Counted from the first letter of the stretch, positions 45,050 to 55,873 are shown. The stretch is 64,000 nt of DNA from Candidatus Latescibacterota bacterium (GCA_965248355.1 OZ252098.1:2912001-2976000); one strand, 5' to 3'. Made by a program: numbers and translations. Notes: a model not told the origin generated them from the sequence alone.

Positions 45050-47985
45050 CAGGTCCCGCCCCCGGCGCCGGCCTCCGCGGGCGAAAGCTCGTGCAGATGG
45101 ATGGCCTGGGTCTCGAGGTTGTCGTGGGGGTGGTCCAGGCGGTAGCGGCGGGTCACGGCCTGGGCCGACTCGTCGATCTGGTAGTACTCGTAGGCCTGCT
45201 CCGCGGCCTCCGCTTCCTGCTGCCGCCCCAGGCTGCGCAGGCTGAGCATGCGGTGGTAGTGGGCGCCGCGGTCCTCGGGATCGATCCGCAGGGCCTGGTC
45301 GAGGGCCTCCAGGGCCGGCTCGAAGCGGCCGTCCAGGTAGAGGACGCGGCCGAGGTTGCGCCACGCCGCGCGGTCGGCCGGGAAGCTCTCCAGCACGTGG
45401 CGGTAGGCCAGCTCGGCGTCGGCGTAGCGGCCGCTCTTCTGGTGGGCCACGCCCCACACCCAGGCGGTCTGGGCGTCGGCCGGGGCCAGCTCCTCGCAGC
45501 GCTGCAGCAGCTCGTAGGCGCCCTCGAGGTCGCCGTCGGCCAGGGCCGCCCGCGCCATGTTGCGCGGCCCGTCCACGCGCTCCGGATGGCGCCGGGCCAG
45601 CTCCGAGAAGGCGGACGTGGCCCCGCGGGTGTCCCCCTGCAGCAGCAGCCCGATGCCGTAGTCGTTGAGCCGCTGCCAGGCGTCGGGGCCGGGAGCGGCC
45701 CGCCGCGCGGCGGCTCCCTGGACCAGGGGCAGGGTGAGGGTGTGGGCGGCGATCTCCGTCACCGGCAGGTCGGGCACCTCGTCGAAGGGCCGGAACCCCT
45801 CCCGGTTGGCGTGGAAGGCGAACTCGGTGTAGGCGCGGTCGAACTTGCGCCACAGCAGGCGCGCCGTGACCGTCAGCGACCCTCCGCCGTAACCCGCCGG
45901 CACGGTGAACCCGTAGTGGGCCACGTCCGCCGTGCCCGGGCCGACGACGCGCACGTAGACCGGCGCGTGGATGTCCTGGGCGTTGCGGCGGTGGATGGCC
46001 CGGCCCTCGCCGTCGACCAGCAGGGCCTTGTAGAAGTGGGCCGCCGGGTCCACGTGCCCGTCGGCGCCGAGGGCGCCGCTTCTCGCCAGCACGCGGCCCT
46101 CGGCGTCGGCCACGGTGATCTCCAGCCAGCCCTCGTTGGAGTCGTTGGTGCCGCCCGGGAAGGTGTGCCCCACGCCGAGGTTGCGCACCGAGACGTCGAA
46201 CTCCAGGCGCTCGCCGGGGCGCACGGGCGGCGGCGTTAGGGCGGGCTGGTACTCGACCGGCCCGCCGGGCCGGCGCAGGGCGGCGATGTCGACGCGCAGC
46301 TTCGAGTCGCGCAGAAAGGCCTCGATCCGCTCGATCGTCTCGCGGTCGCCGCGCAGGAAGGGCAGGGCCGTGTTCACCGCCAGGAAGCGGTGGGAGCGCA
46401 CCAACCCGTCCTTGGCCGACACGTCCCCCTCCACGGCCTCCTCCAGGGGCATGTGGCAGTCCTGGCAGACGCGCCGGAACCCGGGCCGGTAGAAGGTGCG
46501 CGAGGCGTTGAGGGCGACGCCGCTGTCGTGCCAGTTGTCGTACTCGTCCTGGCCGCGCAGCCAGCGGTAGCCGTTGAGCCTCGTGTCCAGGCTCACCTTG
46601 TGGCAGGTGGCGCAGAACTCGGAGGTCTGGAAGAAGGGCTTGAGCATCTGGCGCTTGTGGACCGCCGGCCGCGCCTTCAGGGCCGTGTCGTGGAGCAGCC
46701 GCAGGATCCCGTGCTCCGTGTCGGCGAACAGGTAGGGGTCCTCCTGGTGGTCGGCGATGTTGTAGTTGCCGTTGCCGGTGACGTCGTGGATGTGGTCGAT
46801 GGCATGGCAGGCCAGGCAGGTGAGCCCCGCCTGCGCCTGCGGTGTGCTGCGGTCGATCTCCTCCGTCATCTGGCCGGCCAGCATCAGCGCCGGGTCGTGG
46901 CAGCCGGAGCACCACTTCGACTTCACCAGCGCCTGGCGCCCCGTCAGGTCCTTCCCGCCCCGGTCCGGGTCCAGCCGCGAGAAGTGGTCGATGTGGGCCT
47001 CCACCTCGGCGTTGAGGGAGGTGGAGTGTTCCCGCATGTCGTTGATGGTGGCCTCGTAGAAAGGATTGTTGAAGGAGGCGAAGCGATGGGCCGAGGCCGC
47101 CCACTGGGCCACCACCGAGGCGTGGCAGCGCTGGCAGTCGAAGGCCCCCAGCCTCTCGCTGACGACGAAGCCCTGCTGCTCGATCTCGCGGTCCAGGAAC
47201 TCCTGCTCGGGCAGGCCGCCGCGGGTGATGATCCGCGACGGCAGATAGGAGCCCGTGGTGGTCGTCGTGGCGGCCGGGAAGAAGGGGCTCTGGAAGGGGA
47301 CGAAGTTGGCGGGCACGAACTCCGTGGGGCCGCCGCCGAGCTGCCGCTGCCGCGACCCGGGCCCGGTGTGGGTGCCGCTGGCGAAGGCCTCCCGCGCCGC
47401 CTCGGTGTAGGCCTCGCGGTCGTAGGTGAGGCCGTGGACGACGATGGCGAGGCCGGCCAGACCCGCCGTGGCCAGGGGCACGACGCGGTAGCTGCGGGCC
47501 GAGGGCTTCCAGATCGAGATGCGCCGGTGGGCCAGGTAGAAGACGGGCAGGGCCGCCGCCGCAGCCACGTGGCACCACCAGGCCCAGGCGTTGTCGCGGC
47601 TGTTGGCCTCGGTGAGGATGAAGAGGCCCGTCACCAGCAGCGTCACCCCCAGGGTCACGGAGGCCAGGCCGGTGTAGATCGCCCGCCGGCGGTGGCGGCG
47701 CCAGACCGTGGGCAGGTGCCACTCGACGAAGGCCAGGGCCAGGATCACCAGGATGATCCCCCCCACGGTGTGCCAGAGCACCATGGACTGGTAGAACCGG
47801 GGCAGGGAGAGGTCGGTGACCGCGAAGTAGCCGAGGCCGAGGATGTCGGCGGCGCGGTTGGCCAGCAGGTAGAGGGTGTCGGCCAGCATCAGCACGCCGA
47901 GGCCGACGACCAGCAGCAGCAGCCGCTTCTGCAGGGGGCCGAGGCGGGAGCGGCGCGGGGCGGGTGCGGGGGGCGATTCGTTCAC
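45049..47985 (-). CDS. Membrane-anchored pentaheme cytochrome c with C-terminal TPRs
   Basis: ~5 N-terminal TM helices; CQRCH, CSGCH, CLACH, CATCH, CQDCH; GHTFPGG; TPR tail. Confidence 0.85.
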   Translation of the reverse strand: MNESPPAPAPRRSRLGPLQKRLLLLVVGLGVLMLADTLYLLANRAADILGLGYFAVTDLSLPRFYQSMVLWHTVGGIILVILALAFVEWHLPTVWRRHRRRAIYTGLASVTLGVTLLVTGLFILTEANSRDNAWAWWCHVAAAAALPVFYLAHRRISIWKPSARSYRVVPLATAGLAGLAIVVHGLTYDREAYTEAAREAFASGTHTGPGSRQRQLGGGPTEFVPANFVPFQSPFFPAATTTTTGSYLPSRIITRGGLPEQEFLDREIEQQGFVVSERLGAFDCQRCHASVVAQWAASAHRFASFNNPFYEATINDMREHSTSLNAEVEAHIDHFSRLDPDRGGKDLTGRQALVKSKWCSGCHDPALMLAGQMTEEIDRSTPQAQAGLTCLACHAIDHIHDVTGNGNYNIADHQEDPYLFADTEHGILRLLHDTALKARPAVHKRQMLKPFFQTSEFCATCHKVSLDTRLNGYRWLRGQDEYDNWHDSGVALNASRTFYRPGFRRVCQDCHMPLEEAVEGDVSAKDGLVRSHRFLAVNTALPFLRGDRETIERIEAFLRDSKLRVDIAALRRPGGPVEYQPALTPPPVRPGERLEFDVSVRNLGVGHTFPGGTNDSNEGWLEITVADAEGRVLARSGALGADGHVDPAAHFYKALLVDGEGRAIHRRNAQDIHAPVYVRVVGPGTADVAHYGFTVPAGYGGGSLTVTARLLWRKFDRAYTEFAFHANREGFRPFDEVPDLPVTEIAAHTLTLPLVQGAAARRAAPGPDAWQRLNDYGIGLLLQGDTRGATSAFSELARRHPERVDGPRNMARAALADGDLEGAYELLQRCEELAPADAQTAWVWGVAHQKSGRYADAELAYRHVLESFPADRAAWRNLGRVLYLDGRFEPALEALDQALRIDPEDRGAHYHRMLSLRSLGRQQEAEAAEQAYEYYQIDESAQAVTRRYRLDHPHDNLETQAIHLHELSPAEAGAGGGT

Positions 47986-48109
47986 GGGTCCGAGGGCGCG
48001 GAAGGGGGGCGGGCGCCTGTGTCTCGGGGAGGCGTCCTGGCGGCACTCAAGATAAGGGACGGTGCCCGGCCATGCCCGAGGCCGGGACCGGTCCGCGGCG
48101 CCTGAAACT

Positions 48110-48275
48110 GCACCACGGACCCTCGGGGACAGCGTTGGGACGCACCAAAATGCGCCGCGATGGTTTCGTCTCGGTGGACGCCGGCCCGCGTACGGCTCGC
48201 CTGACGACGCAGCCGTTGCAATTGATGGGCAGCGCGCCCTGTGTGAATAGCGACGCCACCGGCGGCTCCGTTCGT
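48110..48275 (+). pseudogene. C-terminal fragment of a glycoside-hydrolase-like protein
   Basis: Reads 'MRRDGFVSVDAG...LTTQPL...VNSDATGGSVR', a recognisable C-terminal motif with no upstream body. Confidence 0.5.
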
Positions 48276-48402
48276 TCTGGACCCCGGCGGGACGGTACGA
48301 TATTCGGCCGGCTTTGCCTTCTTCTGATCTGGAAGTTCACGCAGCCCTTCAGCGGCAAGGTGCTCTTTCTTCCCGAAGCCCCCCGCAGGGAGGAGAGTGA
48401 TA

Positions 48403-50985
48403 CTACCAACCCTGCGTGACCACTTCGTGCTGCAGCACCCTCTGCTGGCCGTGGGGGCCGCCGACGACGAATGTGAGCTTGCATTGTTCACCGGGCACGA
48501 GATTGTTGATCGTCACACTCGGGGTGTGTGTCTGAAGCGATGTGTCGATGAATCGGCGGTGATTGTGGCCGCGGTTGACCCAGGTCCAGACCCGCACGGG
48601 TTGCGACGCTGAGAATCGAACCACGGCGCTGTGGCGCGTTGTTTCTACGTCGGTGATCATGGCGCTCAGAGGTTCCGCGTCTGCCAGTTGAATGGCGTGC
48701 TCGATAAGTCTCTGCCTCATGTGTCGAAGCTCGTCCTGGCTTGCGCCCGCCAGTACGTGTTCAACCGCCGAATCGATTTCATCGAGCGCTTGTTGGGCCA
48801 GCTGCGGGTCCTGGCCCTCGATTTGAGCCGCCTGTTTTACGATCCAAAGCAGTTTGTAATCTTCCCATCCATCGCGGTAGGCTTCCAATCGCCGGCTGGT
48901 GATGGGGCCATCGTGTCCCATGTAGATGAAGCCAACATTGGTGTAGGGCCCTTTCGGGGCGACGTCGGGAAATCCATCGTAACGTCCCCACCACCGCGGC
49001 GCGGTGAAGACCCAGAAACCGTATCCGTCAAGTCCGAGTTTCCAAGCCAGCCAAGGGCGGCTGCGCAGCATGCTGTGCGGCGCCTTCGGGTTGGCACGCG
49101 GTTGGGCGGTGCGCTCGGGGGAGCTCCAAAAGGCGTGTCGGTAGGCCCACCAAGGTTTGCCTGTTTCCAGGAAGAACTCTTCGGCTTCGCCATTACGGCC
49201 GAACCCAAGTCCCTTCGTCGAAAGCCACGGACTGTAGGGAACAATCACGTCAATGTACGGTTCGGCTTTCTTCGTCGTCTCGAGATCCTCGATCCGGTTG
49301 GCCCAGATCTGAATGCGCCGGTCGGCCTGTCGCACCAGCTTCCCGAGGGGTAGAAAGTCGTCACCGATGTGCTCGTCATTCAGGTACAAGCCCCATCGAT
49401 CGTCGGCCAGGCCGTAGTTGCTGCGGATGTGCTGTGCGAGCATTTTTGTGTACGCGATGAAATTCCGTTTCCACTGATCGTACTCGGCTTCGAGGAAGTG
49501 CGGTCCCCAGCGCTCCGTCCCGCGTCGGATCGTGAGCCCAACGACAAGATAGTCGTGATGCGTGAACTCACGGCGGAGCATCATCCGGTCGAACTCATCG
49601 ACTCTTATTCCCACAATTTCGTTGTCTTCATTCAAGATCGGTTGCGGTGCCCCGTCCCGGTACGACATTTGCACGACGTTCGTGCCCGTTCGCCGCATCA
49701 AGTCCATGTAGGGCTTGTTCTTTCCCCGGCCCTCGGACATCCAGCCATGTGACGGCGAATAGGACCAGAACGTGACCCAGATCGGCACCCGCTGCGGCAG
49801 AACGACCGGGGCGACATCCAGTTCAAAGGGAATCTCCAGCTTGGGGCCACTGCGCAAGGGAGTGAGACGCACGCGGCCCTTCCATAGACCGGCCGGCATG
49901 CCGCGCGTGTCGACCAGCACGAAGAAACTGCCCGTTTCCCCGGGGCTGAGGCGCAAGCCATTGGCGCTGTTGGCTCGTGGCAGTGGATCAGGCACCAGTT
50001 TCTTGAGACGCGTCAGAATGTAGTCCACGAAATGAATCTGCACGCGATCCGTGCGCAACCGCAGCTGGGTTTGTTCGTGGCGGACGCTGGCCAGGTCGAA
50101 ACGTACCGGGAGCGTGGTATCGCTGTGGTTGCGCACGTGGATGGCCAAGGGCACGTACTCCCCGCAGGTGCCGGTAACGCGAATTTCGTCCGTGAGGCTG
50201 TGGGCATGTGATGCGCCGACACCTTTCTGTTTGATTCTCACCTGACCCGTGCCCTCCGTATCCGGATAGATCGGATCGTACGGGTTCGTCGTCCAGACCT
50301 CGTATTGAACCGTCGGCTCTTTGGCCTCGAGGGTGCGGGTATTCATCACTTCGGCGCGCGAGGTCATCTGGCTGAGTTCCAACGGCGTGTCACTGGCAAA
50401 CAGGTACACGGGTTTCCAAATGCCGCCCCCGCCGTCCCCGCCGCGTTTCACTCGCACCGCAAACACGTCTGGTCCCTGCCCGCGCAGGTGCTCCTGGGTC
50501 TCCAGGGCGAAGGGGGTGATCCACATGCGGCCACGTCTCTTGCTCTTTGAGCCCACAAGTCCCTCACTGATGAGCGTATGCTCTCCGACCCTCTGGCCGT
50601 TCAACCAGACCCAGGCCTGCTCGTCCACGCAATTGAAATACAAGTAGACGTACTTCTTGTTCTCGAGCGCCTCGGGTACCTCGTAACGGACGCGGTACCA
50701 GCCAAAATCGGACTCTGCGATCAGCCCCTGATTCTCCCAACCCTCCCAGTCGTCCGTGCGCAGTGCGGTCCAATCGCTGTCATCAAGGTCGGCGGCGTTC
50801 CACCGCTCCTTCAAGCCCAGATCATTGGTGTCGAGCTTGACCTGCCAGACGACCGGCAAGGACGCCTGCTCGATGGCCGCAGCAACGGTTGCGAGCGTGA
50901 GTATGCATATGACGCACGAGACTACACACGAGACTACAGTAGAGCGACGCAACACGGGTGTTCTCCTTCCAATCGCGTTTGACAT
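48403..50985 (-). CDS. Secreted glycoside hydrolase-like protein (GH2-type sugar-binding domain + DUF4091/GH123-like domain)
   Basis: FGWYR, FNCVDEQAWVWLNGQRVGEH, GGIWKPV; C-terminal SRRLEAYRDGWEDY. Confidence 0.75.
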   Translation of the reverse strand: MSNAIGRRTPVLRRSTVVSCVVSCVICILTLATVAAAIEQASLPVVWQVKLDTNDLGLKERWNAADLDDSDWTALRTDDWEGWENQGLIAESDFGWYRVRYEVPEALENKKYVYLYFNCVDEQAWVWLNGQRVGEHTLISEGLVGSKSKRRGRMWITPFALETQEHLRGQGPDVFAVRVKRGGDGGGGIWKPVYLFASDTPLELSQMTSRAEVMNTRTLEAKEPTVQYEVWTTNPYDPIYPDTEGTGQVRIKQKGVGASHAHSLTDEIRVTGTCGEYVPLAIHVRNHSDTTLPVRFDLASVRHEQTQLRLRTDRVQIHFVDYILTRLKKLVPDPLPRANSANGLRLSPGETGSFFVLVDTRGMPAGLWKGRVRLTPLRSGPKLEIPFELDVAPVVLPQRVPIWVTFWSYSPSHGWMSEGRGKNKPYMDLMRRTGTNVVQMSYRDGAPQPILNEDNEIVGIRVDEFDRMMLRREFTHHDYLVVGLTIRRGTERWGPHFLEAEYDQWKRNFIAYTKMLAQHIRSNYGLADDRWGLYLNDEHIGDDFLPLGKLVRQADRRIQIWANRIEDLETTKKAEPYIDVIVPYSPWLSTKGLGFGRNGEAEEFFLETGKPWWAYRHAFWSSPERTAQPRANPKAPHSMLRSRPWLAWKLGLDGYGFWVFTAPRWWGRYDGFPDVAPKGPYTNVGFIYMGHDGPITSRRLEAYRDGWEDYKLLWIVKQAAQIEGQDPQLAQQALDEIDSAVEHVLAGASQDELRHMRQRLIEHAIQLADAEPLSAMITDVETTRHSAVVRFSASQPVRVWTWVNRGHNHRRFIDTSLQTHTPSVTINNLVPGEQCKLTFVVGGPHGQQRVLQHEVVTQGW

Positions 50986-51142
50986 CTTCGATTCCCAGAA
51001 GATACTGGCAGATTTGAGTGCGGTGGGCAAACACTGCTACGAGCACGCGAGATGCGGGAGAGGAAGGCGGCCCGGGCGGTGAGGAAGACAAGGGACGCGA
51101 CCCCCGGCCGTCCGAGGCCCCCGCCGGTCCGTCGGCGGCGCC

Positions 51143-52333
51143 TCAGGCCGTGAGCAGCTCGAAGGTCTGGCGGGCCACGATCCACTCCTCGTCGGTGCGC
51201 AGCACGTGCAGGCGCACGCGGCTGCCGGCGGCGTGCAGGCTCCCCTCGCCGCGGACGGCCTCGTTCTTCGCCGGGTCCAGCTCCACGCCGAGGAACTCCA
51301 GCCCGGCCAGCACCTGGGCGCGCACCAGGCTGGAGTGCTCGCCGATGCCCCCGGTGAAACTGACCGCGTCCAGGCCCCCCAGCTCCACGGCGAAGGCCCC
51401 GAGGTAGTCGCGGATCGAGGAGGTGAAGACCTCGATGGCGAGGGCGCAGCGCCGGTCGCCGGCGGCGGCCTTCTCCTCGATGTCGCGCATGTCGTTGGAG
51501 GCCCCGCTCAGCCCCAGCAGCCCGCCCTCGGTGGCGCAGATCTCCAGGGCCTCGTCGAGGGAGATCCCCTCGCGGTCGCAGACCACCTGCAGGGCCCAGG
51601 GATCGAGGTCGCCGATGCGGTTGTTCTGGGGCACCCCGCCCTGGGGGCTCAGCCCGTGGGAGGCGCCCCGGGACTCGCCGTCCTTCACCGCGCACAGGGA
51701 CGACGAGCCGCCCAGATGGCAGTTGACGTGGCGCAGGCGGTCCGTGCCCTCCAGCTCCAGCACCTTCTCGGCGGCGTAGCGGTGCGAGGCCCCGTGGAAG
51801 CCGTAGCGCCGGATGCCGTAGTCCTCGTACCAGTGCCAGGGGACGGCGTAGAGCTGCCGCCGCAGGGGGGCGGTGCCGTGGAAGGCCGGCTCGAAGCAGC
51901 CCACCCGCGGCGCGTGCGGGGCCACCCGGGCGAACCCGCGGATGGCGGCCACGTACGCCGGGTTGTGGGCCGGCGCCAGACGGTAGAAGTCCTCCATGCG
52001 CCCCAGGACCTCCTCGTCCAGCTCGACGACGCCGATGATGCCCCGGGCGTGGACGGTCTTGAAGCCGACCGCTTCCAGCTCCTCCACCGACGACAGCGGC
52101 GCGCCGCTGCCGCCGGTGAGCCGAGCCAGGGCCTCGTCGATGGCGGCCCCGTGGTCGGGCAGGTCGCACTCCTGCTCCACCGGGTCGCCGCCGCCGAGGC
52201 GGTACTCGTGCACGGAGCCGCCGGCGCCGCCGATGCGGTCCATGCCCCCCTGGGCGAGGACCTCGCCGCCGGGCATGTCGAAGAGCTTGTACTTGAAGGA
52301 GGTGCTGCCGAGGTTGGCCACCAGGATCTTCAT
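51143..52333 (-). CDS. ackA: Acetate/propionate kinase
   Basis: ANLGSTSFKY, APAHNP, RRYGFHGASH, CHLGGSSS, FTGGIGE, TDEE. Confidence 0.9.
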   Translation of the reverse strand: MKILVANLGSTSFKYKLFDMPGGEVLAQGGMDRIGGAGGSVHEYRLGGGDPVEQECDLPDHGAAIDEALARLTGGSGAPLSSVEELEAVGFKTVHARGIIGVVELDEEVLGRMEDFYRLAPAHNPAYVAAIRGFARVAPHAPRVGCFEPAFHGTAPLRRQLYAVPWHWYEDYGIRRYGFHGASHRYAAEKVLELEGTDRLRHVNCHLGGSSSLCAVKDGESRGASHGLSPQGGVPQNNRIGDLDPWALQVVCDREGISLDEALEICATEGGLLGLSGASNDMRDIEEKAAAGDRRCALAIEVFTSSIRDYLGAFAVELGGLDAVSFTGGIGEHSSLVRAQVLAGLEFLGVELDPAKNEAVRGEGSLHAAGSRVRLHVLRTDEEWIVARQTFELLTA

Positions 52334-52447
52334 GGGCTCCGCTCCCTCTCTTCCATGGCCCGCTCGGCCCGCAAACACAACCGCACCGCGACCTCGGCCG
52401 TGGTCAGGTCCCTCCGCCGGTGACTACATTCGGTCATTAGACTGGAC

Positions 52448-53755
52448 TTAACGCCTTTCAGGCAGTTGAGATCTATCAAGATCTCCGTTGTTGATAAGCT
52501 GTAGAGTAGCCGTATCCTGTGATACCCCAAAATGCTGGGCGGCGTCCTGCCTACTCTCCTCCGAGAAATCTCCTCCTACAAAGTCTCGCAAGAAATCAAT
52601 AGGGCAAAGAAACTCTGCCCCAAAAGCCCTCTGCCTCTTCTGCCTAAAAGTATAGGTGCGAGTAGCAGGACGGAGATTCTCACACTGCCAGAAATCCGTC
52701 AGGATACGATCACCCAAGAGACGAGCAGCACCAAATCGTCGCCCCTGTCTCGATCGAGGACTCAAAACAATCGCGTTCTCAAGAACAAAAGAGAGGCTTG
52801 AGCCCCTGCGCCTCTTGAGAAATTGAGGACTGATACCACACAACTCAGCCAGGGTCTTGTCAGAGATAGCAAAGCCCTACCCCTCCTGACTTCGAAGAGC
52901 GCGTGCCGCTTCCACACCCTCTACCCAGGGAAGAGTGTAATGCTCAGGACTCCCCGAAAGCAGAGCGCCATCAGAAGAGCGGATCTCAGTCCCGTACTCC
53001 TGAGCGAGAGACTGCAGCCCAGAAAGGAGATCCGGATCATCAAGCGCGACCTCCGATACGGCCTCGCTGCCGAATTTCTCTACCTCCGCCAGCAATCGAT
53101 CGATCAACCGCCTAGGAGCTTCGTCCGGATCAAACCCGGCGCAAGCCTCAAGCTTCCGGTAGAAGGATATTTCAGGATCCTTTCGCTCAGATTCCAAATC
53201 CTCCCAAATGCTCTGAAGAGCTGTGTCCTTAAGAGGACGAGAATCAAGACGATCCAAAACTCGCTTCACGAAATCCTCAACTCCGCTCTCAAATGCTTCC
53301 GTCGTGACAGTCACCTCCTCATCAGAGGTATACGTAAGTGGAGCTATCTCCAGTCTCCTTTCAGACACAGCGCGCAAAATGACATTGACGCCATCTGGAT
53401 TGATTGTAACTTTAGGCCAAGTCCAGCCAGATCCAATCGATGCTATATCATGAGACTGTTCCCAGTCAAGGCAGGAAGCACCCAAAAACCGAGGAATAGG
53501 AGGGGAGTCGGGATAAGGCTCCCAACGCAATCTCCACCAGTTCCAAGCAAACCACTCTGCTAACTGATAGCCAGATAGATTGGCCCCTTCCTGAGGCTTA
53601 TTCTCTTGATCGACTAGCTCCGAAAGACACTTATCTCTCGCGAAAATTCCTATCTCTGCCAGGGTAAGAGTGTCCTCAACCAAGAGAACTTCAGATTCAT
53701 ATTCAGGATCGTTGCTGTCCTCAACCTGCCAAGGGCCCAACCTAATCTCAAACAT
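52448..53755 (-). pseudogene. Conserved hypothetical (ImmA/IrrE-like C-terminus) interrupted by one in-frame TAG at 52877-52879
   Basis: Reading continues in frame: RSQEG*GFAISDKTLAELCGI...RQRAFGAEFLCP; low GC. Confidence 0.7.
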
Positions 53756-54059
53756 TCCTCTCCCTCCACTGGATCCTCAAATGGCCGACAAATGCACTTG
53801 GCCCTCGCAAGGGAAAGGCATGATAGAGACCTGCTGTAGTGAGCTTTGCCTCATAGACCCCATCATCGCAGGCCGTCTTCCCTCGGCGACGACCTGGACT
53901 AGACAAATTCCATCTTTGGAGAGCTTCGAGAGTCTTATGGAACTCACTGGGATGATATTGGACTTCACCAGCCATGCACTCAAGCTCATTTTCGTCCAGA
54001 TCGCTCATGCGGGCAACTACCTTCTTGCTTATAGCCCTCTCTCTTCTTCTTGGACGCAT
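53748..54059 (-). CDS. Small basic hypothetical protein (putative toxin, possibly internally deleted)
   Basis: YHPSEFHK...KTACD|DGVYEAKL...YHAFPL; overlaps the start of the downstream gene. Confidence 0.5.
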   Translation of the reverse strand: MRPRRRERAISKKVVARMSDLDENELECMAGEVQYHPSEFHKTLEALQRWNLSSPGRRRGKTACDDGVYEAKLTTAGLYHAFPLRGPSAFVGHLRIQWRERNV

Positions 54060-54098
54060 TGTCAATCCTCCAATCTATGGATGAATTTAGCCTACGTC

Positions 54099-54322
54099 CT
54101 ATAAGGCGTAAAGGCAGACGACCGCGTCCACCAGGTCACCCTCGACAAGCGGCTCCCACTCCCCGACCTGCCGTGCGCCCTGCTCCTCCGCCAAGGCGGC
54201 CCCCGCCGCCTGGTTGCGCGCCGCCACGGCCGGGACGCTGCTGCCGTCGAGGCGGCGAAAGCGAGCGCCCTCCGCCGGGCCATTCCCCCAGATCCGACGA
54301 TGCCGAGCCTGACGTCGCTCAC
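54099..54322 (-). pseudogene. Gfo/Idh/MocA oxidoreductase 5' remnant
   Basis: VRLGIVGSGGMARRR, then frameshift to VAARN...VDAVVC, truncated at the low-GC island. Confidence 0.75.
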
Positions 54323-55521
54323 GGCCGCGCCGGACTGCCGTCGGGCAGCCGCGTCTGCGTCCAGGTCTCGACGCCGTCCTGGCAGGGATGCTTCGCCGCC
54401 AGCCCCTCGTCCACGTCGATGCCGAGGCCGGGGCCGTCGTTGGGATACATGTAGCCGCCCCGCACCTCGGGCATGCCGGGGAAGATCTCGGCCACGCGGT
54501 CGTCGAAGCGGCACCACTCCTGGACCCCGAAGTTCGGCGCCCACAGGTCCAGGTGCAGGTTGGCGGCGTGGCCCACGGGGGAGACGTCGCCGGGCCCGTG
54601 CCAGGCGGTGCGGATCCCGTACATGTCTGCAAAAGCGGCTACGTTCCTCGCCGGCGTGAGACCCCCCATCTGCGACACGTGCATGCGCAGGAAGTCGATG
54701 AGCCGGTCCTGGATCAGCGGCTGCCACTCGCGCGGGTGGTTGAACAGCTCGCCCATGGCGATGGGCGTGGAGCACTGCTGGCGGATGTTGCGGAACCACT
54801 CCAGGTCCTCCGGGGCCAGCGGGTCCTCCAGGAAGTACAGCCGGAAGCGCTCCATCTCCTTGGCGAAGCCCACCGCGTCGATGGGGACCAGCCGCTCGTG
54901 CACGTCGTGGAGCAGCTCCACCCCGAACCCGAGCTGCGCGCGCACGTGGTCGAAGACCTCCAGGTGGGCGCGCATGTAGCCGCGGGGATCGAAGTAGGAC
55001 CCCGGCTGGGCGCCCTCGGGCCGGGGCCGCTCCGCCTCGAGACCGCCGTAGCCGCCCTGCTGCACGCGGATGTACTGGTAGCCCTGCTCCTGGTAGGCGC
55101 GGATCGAGTCGACGATCTCCTCCTTGCTGGCGCCGCCGGCGTGGGCGTAGCAGGCCGCCGCCTCGCGGCACTTGCCCCCGAGGAGCTGGTAGACGGGCAT
55201 GCCGGCGCGCTTGCCCTTGATGTCCCACAGGGCCTGGTCGACCCCCGAGATGGCGTTGTTCAGCACCGGCCCGTTGCGCCAGTAGCCGTTGACGCAGGAG
55301 AGCTGGTAGATCTCCTCGATGCGGTCCACGTCGCGCCCGATGAGCAGGGGCTTGAGGTGCCGCTCCACGGCGGCCACCACGGCGCGGAACCGCTGGGTGA
55401 AGGTGGCGCACCCGACGCCGTGGAGCCCGGGCTCGGAGGTGATGATCTTGACGATGACCAGTTTGGCTCCCGCCGGCTGGGTGGCGATGACCTGCACGTC
55501 GCGGATGGTGACGGTGCTCAT
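54319..55521 (-). CDS. Enolase-superfamily dehydratase (RspA/ManD-like)
   Basis: YWRNGPV, ALWDIKGK, LHDVHER, FLEDP, MGELF, TAWHGPGD. Confidence 0.9.
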   Translation of the reverse strand: MSTVTIRDVQVIATQPAGAKLVIVKIITSEPGLHGVGCATFTQRFRAVVAAVERHLKPLLIGRDVDRIEEIYQLSCVNGYWRNGPVLNNAISGVDQALWDIKGKRAGMPVYQLLGGKCREAAACYAHAGGASKEEIVDSIRAYQEQGYQYIRVQQGGYGGLEAERPRPEGAQPGSYFDPRGYMRAHLEVFDHVRAQLGFGVELLHDVHERLVPIDAVGFAKEMERFRLYFLEDPLAPEDLEWFRNIRQQCSTPIAMGELFNHPREWQPLIQDRLIDFLRMHVSQMGGLTPARNVAAFADMYGIRTAWHGPGDVSPVGHAANLHLDLWAPNFGVQEWCRFDDRVAEIFPGMPEVRGGYMYPNDGPGLGIDVDEGLAAKHPCQDGVETWTQTRLPDGSPARP

Positions 55522-55527
55522 GGGGAC

Positions 55528-55773
55528 TCATTCCTTCCCGTGGAAGCCGGACCCCATGATCAGGGGCCGGTCGGATTTCGGATTCAGGTACACGGCGTAA
55601 CCCACCTTGGGAGACTCGGTCTCCACGTGGTACTTGACGAACCCGCCCCCCGACGAGGCGGCGGCGATCAGTTCCCGGAAGATCCGGACGCCGTTGATGC
55701 TCCCCTCGATGGAGGGGTCGGCGCCGTGGAAGAGAACGAGCCCGTCACGGGTGACGATGAAGACGTAGGTGGA
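55528..55773 (-). pseudogene. Cache-domain fragment
   Basis: YVFIVTRDGLVLFHGADPSIEG...GGGFVKY...KVGYAV...GSGF with no proper start. Confidence 0.6.
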
Positions 55774-55873
55774 CGCGGTCGTAGCGCCCCGTGGTCGGGT
55801 CGAGCCCTTCGTAGCGGCACGAGGCCTCCCCCCACCCGGCGGCGCCGAAGAGGTGGACCAGGGGGTACACCTG

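Noticed and set aside
43154..48046. 1630-aa ORF and other long Arg/Pro/Gly-rich ORFs (e.g. 41..1519, 2230..4206, 29771..31759, and the N-terminal parts of 3166..6252, 31872..35114, 59712..63896)
   Set aside because: High-GC shadow frames overlapping better-supported genes; real starts were trimmed accordingly.
52877..52879. Pyrrolysine or genetic-code reassignment of TAG
   Set aside because: TAG terminates many intact genes in the window and no pyl genes are visible; a nonsense mutation is more parsimonious.
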